A model generated the notes under the pieces. That model ran no database searches. It saw only the letters and a list, made by a program, of their open reading frames with translations, and was not told where the DNA came from. This document shows positions 27,401 through 42,400 of a stretch of 64,000 nucleotides of DNA, in pieces; within the stretch, counting starts at the first letter, position 1; the number at the start of each line of letters is the position of its first letter. A program made the translations under genes and the position numbers. Source of the DNA: Mizuhopecten yessoensis (taxonomy: Eukaryota); NCBI RefSeq assembly GCF_002113885.1, contig NW_018408154.1, forward strand, positions 808,297-872,296, read 5' to 3'.

Positions 27401-30400
27401 ACGTTTGGAGCCGATTGATTTCTTCAAACCATTTATCGATGATTTAATCATAAACTAGACCGTAGCTTAGATATATCTATATGCCGACTGTGACAGTAAA
27501 TATATTGAATGACGACCTGAAACCTGTAGCAAATCACATGCAATTCTTGATGAAATACCTGACCTTTTTACCTGAGAATCTCTTATGTCATAAATGAAGT
27601 TTATAATCTCTGTTATCATTTGCCAATCACATTCGCTGACAAAAATAATTTTAAAATGATCTTTCTGGTGCTTAAATCAGATTAATTAAAAGTTTCACCT
27701 TTTCTTACCTTTATTACCACCTGTACAGGTAAATACTGAAGCAACTTTAGAATTGAAAACGTTAATATAAACTAGAAACACTAACAAACAATTTTCATAT
27801 AACTTTATTCACATATAACAAATATTTTTCAAGTTATGCACATTTGAAAAATCAAGTAAATTAATTTATATTTCAATAATGAATTCAGCAGTGGTTTCCC
27901 TTTACATAGAAATCAATGTAGCAGCCTAAGTGTTAAACTTTACATAGAAATCAATTTAGCAACCTAAGTATTAAACTTTACATAGAAATCAATGTAGCAG
28001 CCTAAGGGTTAAACTTTACATACTTAGTAAGTATAACTTACTTGGAAAGAGGTGGGGGTATATACCAGGTAATATTTAAACAGGTTTCGTCTAGCCTAGA
28101 GTCCTAATACTGGGTTATAGATTCCTTGTATTTTCATGCAGTTTAACCAGACTTAAAATGTTACTACATCTTTGGGTAGATGTTTCGCATCCTTAAACTA
28201 GATTATTGTGAACTACAATTTCTATTCCACTACGCATTAAAGTTTAAACTTGTATCTGTGGGTGAAGGTGTGTTTTGTACAAGAATTAGGCCACAGTGAC
28301 CAGTGTAAGAGTTCATAAAATTACATTGCTGAATGTCTATATCTCATGTTCAGGTTTCAAAAATAACTCTGAACAATAAAGCGGGAGAGGGAGTTTATAC
28401 TGAGCTTTGCTAAGTGCTAGCTTTCAGGTTTATTACACTTTATAAGTAATGTATAAGTTCTATCTCAGCCTTATGAAAAACCAGTAATTATAAGTTATTT
28501 ATAGATACTTTTTTGTGTACATGTGTTGTGATAAGTCCAAGGTTTTGTTATATGTATCCAGCACATTCCGGATGATTCTGACAAGATGACCACCGGACAT
28601 GCCTTTTTGTTACTGCTGTTTTATAACATCACCCAGCTGCTGGTCGACCCCGCTACTGCCTCCAGTCACCTAGAGGTAAGGCCAAGGTCATGCCCTTTTT
28701 ATCCTTGTCTACAGGTATGCTTGTCAAGGTTATGTCCTTTTTTATCCTTGATTACAGGTAAGCATACCAAGGTCATGTCCTTTGATCCTTGTCTACAGGT
28801 AAGTATTTCAAGGTCATGTTCTTTCTTTGATCCTTGTCTGCAGGTAAGCATGCCAAGTTCATGTTCTTTCTTTGATCCTTGTCTACAGGTAAGCATGCCA
28901 AGTTCATGTTCTTTCTTTGATCCTTGTCTGCAGGTAAGTATTTCAAGGTCCTATCTTTAATCATTTCCTTTAGGTCTGTCCTTTTTTTGAACTTTATCTT
29001 TTATGTTCTCCAATGATGCTCTAATCTTAGTGGTTTCACTGCTGGCAGCTGGCATTTACATATACAGGTTTATATACGAGAGTAATCCTGACTTTTAACA
29101 GCCTTCCTTCAAAATTTCCCAAAAAACGAGTTTAGGGTAGGCAGAAAAATTTAAGGTAGGTAGGATAAGTGTGTGTATTCAATAATTTAGTTGATTATGT
29201 CTTATCATCAGTTGTGTGACTTCAGATAAACTTTTGCCATCAGTAGAGTATTTTTTATCAATAATAGAATGGAAACCCTCGCAAACCTGTAGGAAGCTTT
29301 AGTTGATTGTCCAGTCATGTCTGCTATAGCACTACAGGAAGTTTATTCTACAGGATGTGTATGGATGTCTGCAGAACGCCTTCAAGTCCAAACGAAAATC
29401 TGTTTCTCAAAAGTCTGCCGAAGGTAAGTAGTCTTCTGAAAACTATTTCAAACTTATGTTTACGTTACTCAATCATATCGCCAATAATTTACTCGTATCA
29501 AGTATCGACAATAACAAACAAATGTAAAGTAATGTTAGTGGCGTTAATTTGTGTTGATATTAATTCATTCACCCCTGAAGACACATTTGAACTCTTCCAA
29601 TACAAAGGTTGGAATAGTTCATTATGGAATTTCAGGGATGATTGAGTGAACTTACCGTTTTTAAGTTAGCTACTCATGTTGACAAAATCTTACTCATGTT
29701 GATGTTAATTTGCTTAAGCTTAAGTTAACCTGCTCATATTAATGTCAACTTACTGATGCTGACGTTGACTGTTTAGAACCGGAGTGGATAGAAGTGATGA
29801 CAGAGGTTCTGATCAGTATGATGTCACAGGGGTCAGTGCTGGCCAGAACTACAGCTACAGATGTGTACATGGCTATTGCTGACCACTTAACACCAGCCTC
29901 TGTCCAGCTCATTGTTGATGTGAGTTTTATATTCCTAATTTGATTGCTGCAAGCTGATGTATATTTTTCATGCCAACTGAAAACTTGTTTCCGATAATTT
30001 CTGAAAGAGGTCCGTCAGATTTTTGTCAAAACTTTCACTCAATATTTTGATATTCCTGGGTTCCTGGCATCATTTGAATTTATGATCGATCTGTTTGGTA
30101 AAAAAAATTAACGTAATCTGAACAATTATTTTTTGGCACCTGAAAATTGCATCTTTTGCAAATGATGTGAATTTAAGGACCTATTTATGAGAAAAAAGCA
30201 AGTTCTTTTCGATTCGTTTACTTTCTATTTATATATTTTTCTGACTGTCACTTTTTATTTACTGTGGCATTTAAAAAATAAATTGCTCTCAAAAAAGTAA
30301 ACTAGTTCTGAGAGGGTGTCATCCATGCTGACATGTCCTGGAGGTCTGTTGTAGTGTAGAGTTTATTGATATCCAACTTTTAGACAAAACAAACTATTGA

Positions 30401-33400
30401 TAAAATCAAACCTCCTATGTTACCGAGTTCTGAAATGTTTTTGGTTATTTCAAATATTTTCATTTATGCCCATTTGGTTGTTTGACTGATTTGCCTCCCT
30501 AATTCGGTGTTAAGGAATCCTGTGGCTCTTAATTTATCTGGTCGTAACTTTCCCTACCATTTGAAAGCTGAGTGACTTTGCTACAGTTGCTACCTCTTGT
30601 TGACTTTGCATTCTTAAAGGAGATGATGTAGTTATTCCTCTGTTGATTAGGTTCTAATGGCAGATGACAAGGAAGGTAGTGATGGCCCAGTAAGCTTTGA
30701 GGATGATGAGCAGGACGATGAGATGGAAGGTGTCGAAGAGGAAGATGGTAACACAATATTATTTTGAAATGACAGATTTTAGATCTTTATATGAACTTTA
30801 AAGTTCAGGAATTCATACTGATCAGTAATCATTGCCATAAATAGTCTTAATATTTTAGAACTTTAAAAAAAAAAACAATGTTCAATCTTAATGCCATATG
30901 TTGAATCATACCCATGGTAAATATAAAAAGGAGTATTAAGATAGAATAATTATGTTATGATATAGACACAATATACTAATAATAATTTAAATATAGGAAA
31001 CTTCAAAGAGATTTTTTTGTTGTTGTTGCAATATTAGGATATAAAATTATGTATATATGACAGAATGCAAATAAATATATATCTAGGTTTTTAAATAAGG
31101 ATTTTCATATGTTGTGAAATATAATATCATGTTGTAATATTTGAAATACATCTGCAAAACTGACCATCTTTTTCACATTGTGTGACATGGCCAACAGCGA
31201 TAGAAGGGGGAAATGGAGAAGTAGAGGAGGAATCTGAGTCGAGTGAGTCTGAGGAGGAGGAGGAGGAGGAGGAAGAGGAGGAAGAGGCCGTGAACGAGGA
31301 GTTCCGTCAGAAGTTGAGGTCAGCATTGGGACCAGCCGCTGATGTAGAGGAAAGTGATGACGAGGTCAGTTCTTGTACAAGATAAACAAAGCTAGATTTT
31401 TAGGCATGACACATAGATACAAAGATACAAACTGGTGTTAGGTACTACTGAGAACCATTATTACCTGGTATTGTAATAATTTATATGTGACTATGTGTAA
31501 ACTAATCAATCAATCCTGGTATACTCTCTCACTATGTGTAAACTAATCAATCAAGCCTGGTATACTCTCTCATTATGTGCACAATCAAGCCTGGTATACT
31601 CCCTCACTTTGTGGACAATCAAGCCTGGTATACTCTCTCACTATGTGGACAATCAAGCCTGGTATACTCTCTCACTATGTGGACAATCAAGCCTGGTATA
31701 CTCTCTCACTATGTGGACAATCAAGCCTGGTATACTCTCTCACTATGTGGACAATCAAGCCTGGTATACTCTCTCACTATGTGGACAATCAAGCCTGGTA
31801 TACTCTCTCACTATGTGGACAATCAAGCCTGGTATACTCTCTCACTATGTGGACAATCAAGCCTGGTATACTCTCTCACTATGTGGACAATCAAGCCTGG
31901 TATACTCTCTCACTATGTGGACAATCAAGCCTGGTATACTCTCTCACTATGTGGACAATCAAGCCTGGTATACTCTCTCACTATGTGGACAATCAAGCCT
32001 GGTATACTCTCTCACTATGTGGACAATCAAGCCTGGTATACTCTCTCACTATGTGGACAATCAAGCCTGGTATACTCTCTCACTATGTGGACAATCAAGC
32101 CTGGTATACTCTCTCACTATGTGGACAATCAAGCCTGGTATACTCTCTCACTATGTGGACAATCAAGCCTGGTATACTCTCTCACTATGTGGACAATCAA
32201 GCCTGGTATACTCTCTCACTATGTGGACAATCAAGCCTGGTATACTCTCTCACTATGTGGACAATCAAGCCTGGTATACTCTCTCACTATGTGGACAATC
32301 AAGCCTGGTATACTCTCTCACTATGTGGACAATCAAGCCTGGTATACTCTCTCACTATGTGGACAATCAAGCCTGGTATACTCTCTCACTATGTGGACAA
32401 TCAAGCCTGGTATACTCTCTCACTATGTGGACAATCAAGCCTGGTATACTCTCTCACTATGTGGACAATCAAGCCTGGTATACTCTCTCACTATGTGGAC
32501 AATCAAGCCTGGTATACTCTCTCACTATGTGGACAATCAAGCCTGGTATACTCTCTCACTATGTGGACAATCAAGCCTGGTATACTCTCTCACTATGTGG
32601 ACAATCAAGCCTGGTATACTCTCTCACTATGTGGACAATCAAGCCTGGTATACTCTCTCACTATGTGGACAATCAAGCCTGGTATACTCTCTCACTATGT
32701 GGACAATCAAGCCTGGTATACTCTCTCACTATGTGGACAATCAAGCCTGGTATACTCTCTCACTATGTGGACAATCAAGCCTGGTATACTCTCTCACTAT
32801 GTGGACAATCAAGCCTGGTATACTCTCTCACTATGTGGACAATCAAGCCTGGTATACTCTCTCACTATGTGGACAATCAAGCCTGGTATACTCTCTCACT
32901 ATGTGGACAATCAAGCCTGGTATACTCTCTCACTATGTGGACAATCAAGCCTGGTATACTCTCTCACTATGTGGACAATCAAGCCTGGTATACTCTCTCA
33001 CTATGTGGACAATCAAGCCTGGTATACTCTCTCACTATGTGGACAATCAAGCCTGGTATACTCTCTCACTATGTGGACAATCAAGCCTGGTATACTCTCT
33101 CACTATGTGGACAATCAAGCCTGGTATACTCTCTCACTATGTGGACAATCAAGCCTGGTATACTCTCTCACTATGTGGACAATCAAGCCTGGTATACTCT
33201 CTCACTATGTGGACAATCAAGCCTGGTATACTCTCTCACTATGTGGACAATCAAGCCTGGTATACTCTCTCACTATGTGGACAATCAAGCCTGGTATACT
33301 CTCTCACTATGTGGACAATCAAGCCTGGTATACTCTCTCACTATGTGGACAATCAAGCCTGGTATACTCTCTCACTATGTGGACAATCAAGCCTGGTATA

Positions 33401-36400
33401 CTCTCTCACTATGTGGACAATCAAGCCTGGTATACTCTCTCACTATGTGGACAATCAAGCCTGGTATACTCTCTCACTATGTGGACAATCAAGCCTGGTA
33501 TACTCTCTCACTATGTGGACAATCAAGCCTGGTATACTCTCTCACTATGTGGACAATCAAGCCTGGTATACTCTCTCACTATGTGGACAATCAAGCCTGG
33601 TATACTCTCTCACTATGTGGACAATCAAGCCTGGTATACTCTCTCACTATGTGGACAATCAAGCCTGGTATACTCTCTCACTATGTGGACAATCAAGCCT
33701 GGTATACTCTCTCACTATGTGGACAATCAAGCCTGGTATACTCTCTCACTATGTGTAAACTAATCAATCAAGCCTGGTATACTCTCTCACTATGTGTAAA
33801 CTAATCAATCAAGCCTGGTATACTCTCTCACTATGTGGACTACCTTTGAAGGAGCTGACAGGAATGGAGAGCAGCATTTGCTAGTAATATTTAATCACAG
33901 AATTCATTAATCTTAGGATTTTAATTCAAACTTTCATCCCATCATCCTTGCTCCTGTGTCAAATTATCTTGCCAGTTTATAAGATTCTGAAGTGATTTGT
34001 TAGATATTGTTATGGAAGGATTTAGTATAACTTGCCCTCCAATCTCTTCAATTATTAATTTCAACAAAGAATTCAATCTTGACACTTGCGGTCTTCTCAG
34101 AGAAAGGTTTGGAGAGACCAGAAGCTGATGTAAACAAATTCTAAAGTTTGTTTTAATGATTTACTTTCTTTAAGCATAGAGCCGGTTGGTTCACTATTTG
34201 ATACATGCAATTTTTAGAAATACCTTGTATTCTCATATTTATGAAAATGTGCTTCCTTATAACAGGAGTTAGAAGACATGAGTGACAGTGAAATGTTTAA
34301 GCTGGATCATGTGATTGCGGCGGCCTTCAAGGGAATGAGGCAGGCTAAAGCAAAGGAGAAGAATGATAACAAGAAACAAATGCTGGCCTTCAAAATACGG
34401 TAACATTCTCACTGATATGTTGGGTAAATTGTTCGCATCCTTCCAGATTATATTTACAATGTTTTCCTCGAGTGCCTACTACAGGTGTTAAATAACTATT
34501 TGCTATCTGGAGTTGTACAATGCAATTCGCATGATTTATTCTGGAGAAAAATGATTCAAATAGAATATTTAATGATTTTATCATTGAGGGGTATGTAAAA
34601 GAAAAAATTACTACAAATCATATATACAAGTCATAGAAGGAGAACAGAAGTTACCTATATAATTGTGTGTAATTATTGAGGTATCCTGGACCTTTCATTA
34701 TTTATTGAGGTATCCTGGACCTTTCATTATTTATTGATCTTTGAAGCTTACTGGATTTGCTGATGGTGCTAGCCAAAGAGAAAATGTCTGCTGATGTTGT
34801 CATGGTGAGTCGATCGACTGGTAGTGTTTTAACATTGGTCTTTAGACTAAGTCAACACACTCTTACTGCTTTTATAATGGTTGTTTCAGACCAAGCCCGT
34901 ATCCATAAAATCTTCTAATTTTGCTCTGCAGTGCTGAAAACCTGATTTTCTCAAATGCTCAGATTCTTGTGATGGAATCAGAAAGTAAAGGTGTTAAATT
35001 TTTAATGTAAATTTTTATGAAAAAAGTCAATTTTTACAATGTGTTAAATGATTTATTCTGTCCAGGAATTGAACCTACCTTTACTTGAGCTGATGTTGAA
35101 TGGAGAGAAAAAGAAAGAAGAAAGAGCGCTTGGGCAGCATGCTCAGAAACTATCACAATTAATGTACAGACAAGGAAAGGTAGGAAGGCGTATATCGCTT
35201 TATAGGCAGGTGTGATTTATTCTGATTCTTAATATATTTCTGTTTGATCACTTGATCATCTATTTTACTTGCCCTTTGGGATATCTGGATTACCTTTGAC
35301 TTTATGCTGTTGATATGAAATTTGTCAACTCGTTTCTTGTGGTTAAAACGAAGCAGTATTCCAAAACACCTGCTATCTCTATCAGACATGCTGTACAAAT
35401 CTAATCATGTTTTGTACTTCATGCTTGATAAAAAAATCAGACGATTTGAGGAAAAAGAATAGTGCAAGTTTTAACCAAATTTTGTATAAATCAAATGTTT
35501 ACAAACATATTCTTCAAAAATTGTGAATGTAATTGAGAATTTAATAGTCATGTAATGGTCATTATTATCAAAACCCTATTAAACAAATTCACATATAATT
35601 TATATATGATATTTACATTGTCTGGTGACACTTCATATTACTGTGAAGACAAGGACAGTAGTTTGTGTCAAATCTAGATAGGAATAAGCTTATGACTTGT
35701 AAGGTATTGTTTTTATCACATACCTGTTGAATCTTGTTATAGTCATACAAGCAATTTTCAGACCATAAAATACAACATTCTGTATTGCACATGTGCAATA
35801 CGGAATGTTGTATTTACCTACTGGTCGGAATTATTTTTTATGGAAATCCCTTTGTCATGGCAAACTGAAAAGTTCCTGGTATTTGCAAAAAATATCAAAG
35901 TTTATAAAATCTTTGTATTGATCTCTACCAAATACGGAAGGTATGTGATTAAAGCAAGACCACACACTTGTGTTTTTCTACTCGTGAATATATTTGTCTG
36001 TGCAATAAACTCTAGCTTTCTGATTCGTTAGAAAAACACAAGTGTGTGGTCATACGTATGTATACAATTGAACTATTTGGGTATAAACAGTAAATATTTG
36101 GGTATAAAGAGTAAATATTTGGGTATAAACAGTAAATATTTGGGTATAAACAGTAAATATTTGGTATTTTAGGAGCTGCACGATGGTGATCTTGACAAAG
36201 AGGCCTGCACAGAACGCATCATGGACATCATACATTTCTCTACACGACGTAAGCTTCATCTTATTCATTTCTCATTGCTTTTGCTATCAGATACAGAATG
36301 AAAAATGGATTTATCATCTACAGAAAATTTTGAAAAAAAACTCTTTACATAGAAAGATGATGAAACACTTTTCAAATGTTGCTATGTTGCCTGGTCTTAG

Positions 36401-39400
36401 ACAGGTTTTATTTGTTGAGTGAGGGAACACATGTGGATGTACATGTCTAAATGTTTCCATAAATATCCACCTTAAACTGACAGGACACCTGACAGCAGCA
36501 TCCAAACACTAGAACATCAGTTGAGCGAGGCTTGTTGGTGGAATAAAATAAGGCATCTTGAGGCAAATTTTTACATGCAAAAGAACAGCCGGAATTTGAA
36601 GAAAAAAAAGATTATCTTGTTCGTGTTGCCTTCTTGGTACTGAGTTAGACAAAAATGACATTTTGATGTAGTAGAATAGATATTATCAACATATGTTTGT
36701 ATGTTATTGTGGAGTATAAAATCAAGGATTTGAAATGATGGAAAATCAATTAACTTTTTCCGAAGTGGTCTTCATTAATAGTTTTCTTTCAACATTTTCT
36801 TAATTTCATCATGTATTACCATGATAATACATCCAGGTTTGTGGTTTATTTCTCTGGTAAAAAGTAGCAAAAATATCCATTTTCCAATTGCCATACATGT
36901 GTATGCATAAAATGACATTTTTAACTGATACCTTGTTTGTTTGTTAGATGTCTCAGGAGTGTAGTTATCTAAGAAATATGTTAAATACCGCAAACGTAAT
37001 ATTGTTAAATGTTTACATTGGGTGTCGAGGCTTATTTTTCCTTATTTATTAGACATAAATGGGGAAGTGAGACATAAACACTGTCATAGTAAGAAACTGT
37101 TGTTGATTCCATGTTTTTATCTTCAGCCATACTGAGCCAGTCTCTTGTCAACTCGGTTTCCGATGCCTGTCTACTTGTAGTAAGTATTAGATGTCAGATC
37201 TTTAAATCAGAGTTACTACAGTTTTATCTTTATTAGAGTTTTATGAACAAAACCAGTAAATATTAATCCCTCTTATCATGTATGTGTAGTGCTTTAGAGT
37301 TAGTTTGAACCTCACTATGACAAAGTATGTTGAGATTAACATGGAACTGTGTAATGCTTAAATTCCTCTGTATAATGCTTAAATTCCTCATTTCAAATTT
37401 TTGTGATATTTTTCCTTCAATTCCAAGTGCCAGAGACATTTGTGATATTGTTTTATAATTAATTTGCAGTGTTCAATTTTAATGCAACATTATTAATAAT
37501 AAATAATTCTTACAAACTCTCTATTGTAAGGTCTGACGGTGTATATTTTGCCATGATTTTTACAGACTGCAGTTATACTGAAAAAAATAGAGCCCCTTAC
37601 AGAAAATTATCGATATACAGTAAATATAAGTGCTATACTGTAAATATAACTGCTAGATAGTAAATATGAATGTTATACTGCTTTACAATAAGTTCATTTG
37701 CAAGGCAGTGAATATCATCACTCTAACATTAATTATAAACTATACACTCAATATAACTGCTATACGTAGTAAGTATAACTACTACACATAGTATACAGAA
37801 GATGTTATCCCTATACAGTTAATGCAACTACATACAGTATAATGAAATAGAAATGCTACACAGTAAACAAAGTCACTGCTATACAGTGTATATAAGTATG
37901 ATAGGGTAAAGCAGTACTTTTAACTACTTCGTGTAACAGCAGCAGGGTATGAACAAGGGGCGTTAATGACTTAAAATAAAACATCAAAAATAAAATTGTA
38001 GCAATTCCTCTGTTTAATATATCATTAGGGCATTGCTTGCCTTTTACTAATTAATTCTGATTGACTTTTTAATAAGAGCATTGTATAGCTCAAAATATCA
38101 ATTAAATATTTATATATAATTGAAACATAAATGGAATTATCTCCCCTATACCATCTGTTATATATAGACTGCTTATAATATATAATTTGCATCAATATTT
38201 TCCTATTAACCGTTTCACTTCGTCTTTGTCTTTGTGATTTAAACCTAAGGAGAGAACTTATATAGGCCTAGCCTGCTGTTCAGTCCTATTGTTTACTCAA
38301 TAAAATATGATGAAATGAAAGGGGCAGTACTGTTACATTAATATTGCAGTTTTGTAAATATTTAGAACGGGTAAGTGTTATACAGTTAATGTTACCACCA
38401 TACCTTAGTAAATTGCTTTACAGTAAGTATATTAAGTACTAAACAGTAAATATAAATACTATGTTGTAGGGCTGTCACAATATATCGGAAAACAGGTATA
38501 TTGAAATACACGGGTATATCGTATCACAATACAAAGATGAAATACTGCTGTATCACAATATTTTTCAAAATTGGATTTTTGTGTATCTGCTTGGTGTTTT
38601 AACTTTGCAAATAACTACAAATTCTAACAGATATGCCAATAAGCATAAAGCAGGCTTTTAATAGTTCAAATTTTGTAAGTGGTTGACAAAAATCATAAAT
38701 CTATGTAATCCATATTATATATGATTAAGTTTGATAACATTCCGACAACAACTTTTACCATATCTTATAATTACCATCTTTGATTTTCCTGAATGTGATA
38801 TTTTATCTGCTTGATGTTTGACTCTACAAGACATTTAACAGTATGATATTTAGCTGATCTGTTATTTTACCTTGTCTGATATTTACAATCCATGACATTT
38901 ACTTTCCTGATATTTAAATATAAAATAATTATTTACCATATTTGCTTTGCTCTCTCCAGATCCTGTTATATATGAACGTGGGTGCTGCCACTGGAGAACC
39001 ATCACCAGTCAGGACTCGGTCACGTAATGGGCCCAAGAAGGACCAGCCTAAGAAGGACCATACTGACACCCCAAAGGTATAAGCAAGGGGAGCTGACAGT
39101 ATTTGTTAAAGGAGGTGGGGGAGGTATTCAGGTAACAAGTAATAGAAATGTCATCTAAAATGCTATATTGTTGTTCGCTAAAGCAATTTTACATTTAAAG
39201 TTAATCTAGATTGTACTTACATGGGTTAATTTTTTAATTGATACTTATAAGCCCATCAAAAAATGTAATGGATGGTATGGGGAGCATCGGTTTGTCCACA
39301 CCTTGTCCTGTAATAGTAGCTATTGTTGTGAGAGATATTTGTGCTGTATGTTGATGACACACTAACAGTTATACTGGTACCTAGGTTGTGTCCACTCCTT

Positions 39401-42400
39401 ACATTTCCATATTTTCATACATTTAAATACAATAATGAGTCAGAAGGATTCTAAGTATGTCAGACATTGGATGGGCGTATATTGTTCCATCCTGCGGTAT
39501 TCTTATTAAACTATATAGGTAGGGTCAGGGTTAGTCCTATGTTACATGTGGTAGATATTGTAGTGAGAGATACTGGTGCCGTAAAAGGTTTTAATTCTGT
39601 ATGTTGATGACACACTGTCAGAGTAACAGTTATACAGACATTTACCTGTCTACTTCATAACCAGGTGAGACATGATGAAGTAATGGAGATTATCAAAGAT
39701 AACCTCGACCAATGCCTTCACGGACGATCAATTAAGGACAAAACCGGCAGGTAATTGATACACCTCACCTAGTAACATGATTCTGTTGTAGTGAGTTCAG
39801 TAGTACAGTGTGATTACACAATTATTATCAAGTATAGGCCAATTATATACAAAATGATATGCAAGAATATAAGTTATGTAATATACTGTACCAGCTATGT
39901 ACAAAAAACATTTATATACAAGTATATACAATTTAATGATTTTACTGATTCAACACAGGACATTGCCAAAACTCCTTATAATATACTGGACAAATCGTGA
40001 CAGCATAACTTGATTGTATAATACACATATATACCAGTTACACATGTATGTAAATATATATTAACTGAGCCTATAGGTAAGCCTCATTAGCATTTCTTAT
40101 AAAAAACCTGTTTCTCTGGATTTGCAGAGACTTGCACTTGAATCCATCACTGTTCCTGAATATGTTCACAAAATATCCTGTAAGTATAATTTTCGTTTAA
40201 ATAACATTTTGTATTTCAATATATATGTAATTTTGCAATTCATGATTATCTCCAATATGTATGTTGTTAACTCATTCCCCCCTACCTATCTGAACTGGAC
40301 CTGCCCTGTCTTTGATTTGGTATGGTTTAAATGTGACTTTAGGGGTGAATGGGTTAAGGTTGTCCAGTTTACACCTTCAAATCAGCTTCAACTATTTGAA
40401 ATGTAACAGGCCATTAAAAATATCAACAGCTATATGTTGTGTGTATGAAGTGTATAATGTTTAAAATCTCTCATTATCTCTGATATTGTGTGTATGAAGT
40501 GTAGTATGTATAAATCTGTCCTAGGTACTGTTCTGGGATGTGACTAGCTCTATGATAGTGTGTATGAAGTGTATTATGTATAAATCTGTCATAGGTCCTC
40601 CTGTTCTGGGATGTGGCTAGCTCTATGATATTGTGTGTATCAAGTGTATTATGTATAAATCTGTCCTAGGTCCTCCTGGTCTGGGATGTGGCTAGCTCTA
40701 TGATATTGTGTGTATGAAGTGTTTTATGTATAACTCTGTCCTAGGTCCTGTTCTGGGATGTGACTAGCTCTATGATATTGTGTGTATGAAATGTATTATG
40801 TATAAATCTTTCCTAAGTCCTGTTCTGGGCTGTGACTAGCTCTATGATACTGTGTGTATGAAGTGTATTATGTATAAATCTGTCCCAGGTCCTGTTCTGG
40901 GCTGTGACTAGCTCTATGATATTATGTGTATGAAGTGTAGTATGTATAAATGTGTCCTAGGTCCTGTTCTGGGATGTGACTAGCTATATGATAGTGTGTG
41001 TATGAAGTGTATTATGTATAAAACTGACCTAGGTCCTGTTCTGGGCTGTGACTAGCTCTATGATATTATGTGTATGAAGTGTAGTATGTATAAATGTGTC
41101 CTAGGTCCTGTTCTGGGATGTGACTAGCTCTATGATATTGTGTGAATGAAGTGTAGTATGTATAAATCTGTCCTAGGTCCTGTTCTGAGCTGTGACTAGC
41201 TCTATGATATTGTGTGTATGAAGTGTTTTATGTATAACTCTGTCCTAGGTCCTGTTCTGGGATGTGACTAGCTCTCTGATAGTGTGTGTATGAAGAGTAT
41301 AATGTATAACTCTGTCCTAGGTCCTGTTCTGGGATGTGACTAGCTATATGATAGTGTGTGTATGAAGTGTATTATGTATAAATCTTTCCTAGGTCCTGTT
41401 CTGGGCTGTGACTAGCTCTATGATACTGTGTGTATGAAGTGTATTATGTATAAATCTGGCCTAGGTCCTGTTCTGGGATGTGACTAGCTCTATGATATTG
41501 TGTGTATGAAGTGAATAATGTATAAATCTGTCCTAGGTCCTGTTCTGGGCTGTGACTAGCTCTATGATATTGTGTGTATGAAGTGAATAATGTATAAATC
41601 TGTCCTAGGTCCTGTTCTGGGATGTGGCTAGCTCTATGATATTGCGTGTATGAAGTGTATTATGTATAAATCTGTCCTAGGTCCTGATCTGGGATGTGAC
41701 TAGCTCTATGATATTGTGTGTATGAAGTGAATAATGTATAAATCTGTCCTAGGTCCTGTTCTGGGATGTGGCTAGCTCTATGATATTGCGTGTATGAAGT
41801 GTATTATGTATAAATCTGTCATAGGTCCTCCTGTTCTGGGATGTGGCTAGCTCTATGATATTGCGTGTATGAAGTGTATTATGTATAAATCTGTCATAGG
41901 TCCTCCTGTTCTGGGATGTGGCTAGCTCTATGATATTGCGTGTATGAAGTGTATTATGTATAAATCTGTCATAGGTCCTCCTGTTCTGGGATGTGGCTAG
42001 CTCTATGATATTGCGTGTATGAAGTGTATTATGTATAAATCTGTCATAGGTCCTCCTGTTCTGGGATGTGGCTAGCTCTATGATATTGTGTGTATGAAGT
42101 GTATAATGTAATAATCTCCTAGGTCCTGTTCTGGGATGTGACTAGCTATATGATAGTGTGTGTATGAAGTGTATTATGTATAAATCTTTCCTAGGTCCTG
42201 TTCTGGGCTGTGACTAGCTCTATGATATTGTGTGTATGAAATGTATTATGTATAAATCTGTCCTAGGTCCTGATCTGGGATGTGACTAGCTCTATGATAT
42301 TGTGTGAATGAAGTGTAGTATGTATAAATCTGTCCTAGGTCCTGGTCTTGGATGTGACTAGCTCTATGATATTGTGTGTATGAAGTGTAGTATGTATAGA

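Noticed and set aside
31534-33804. Three ORFs of 727-756 aa
   Set aside because: Artefact of a stop-free 34-bp repeat read in all three frames inside an intron.
31490-33840. CRISPR-like regular repeats
   Set aside because: Units are head-to-tail with no unique spacers, no cas genes, and the context is eukaryotic.
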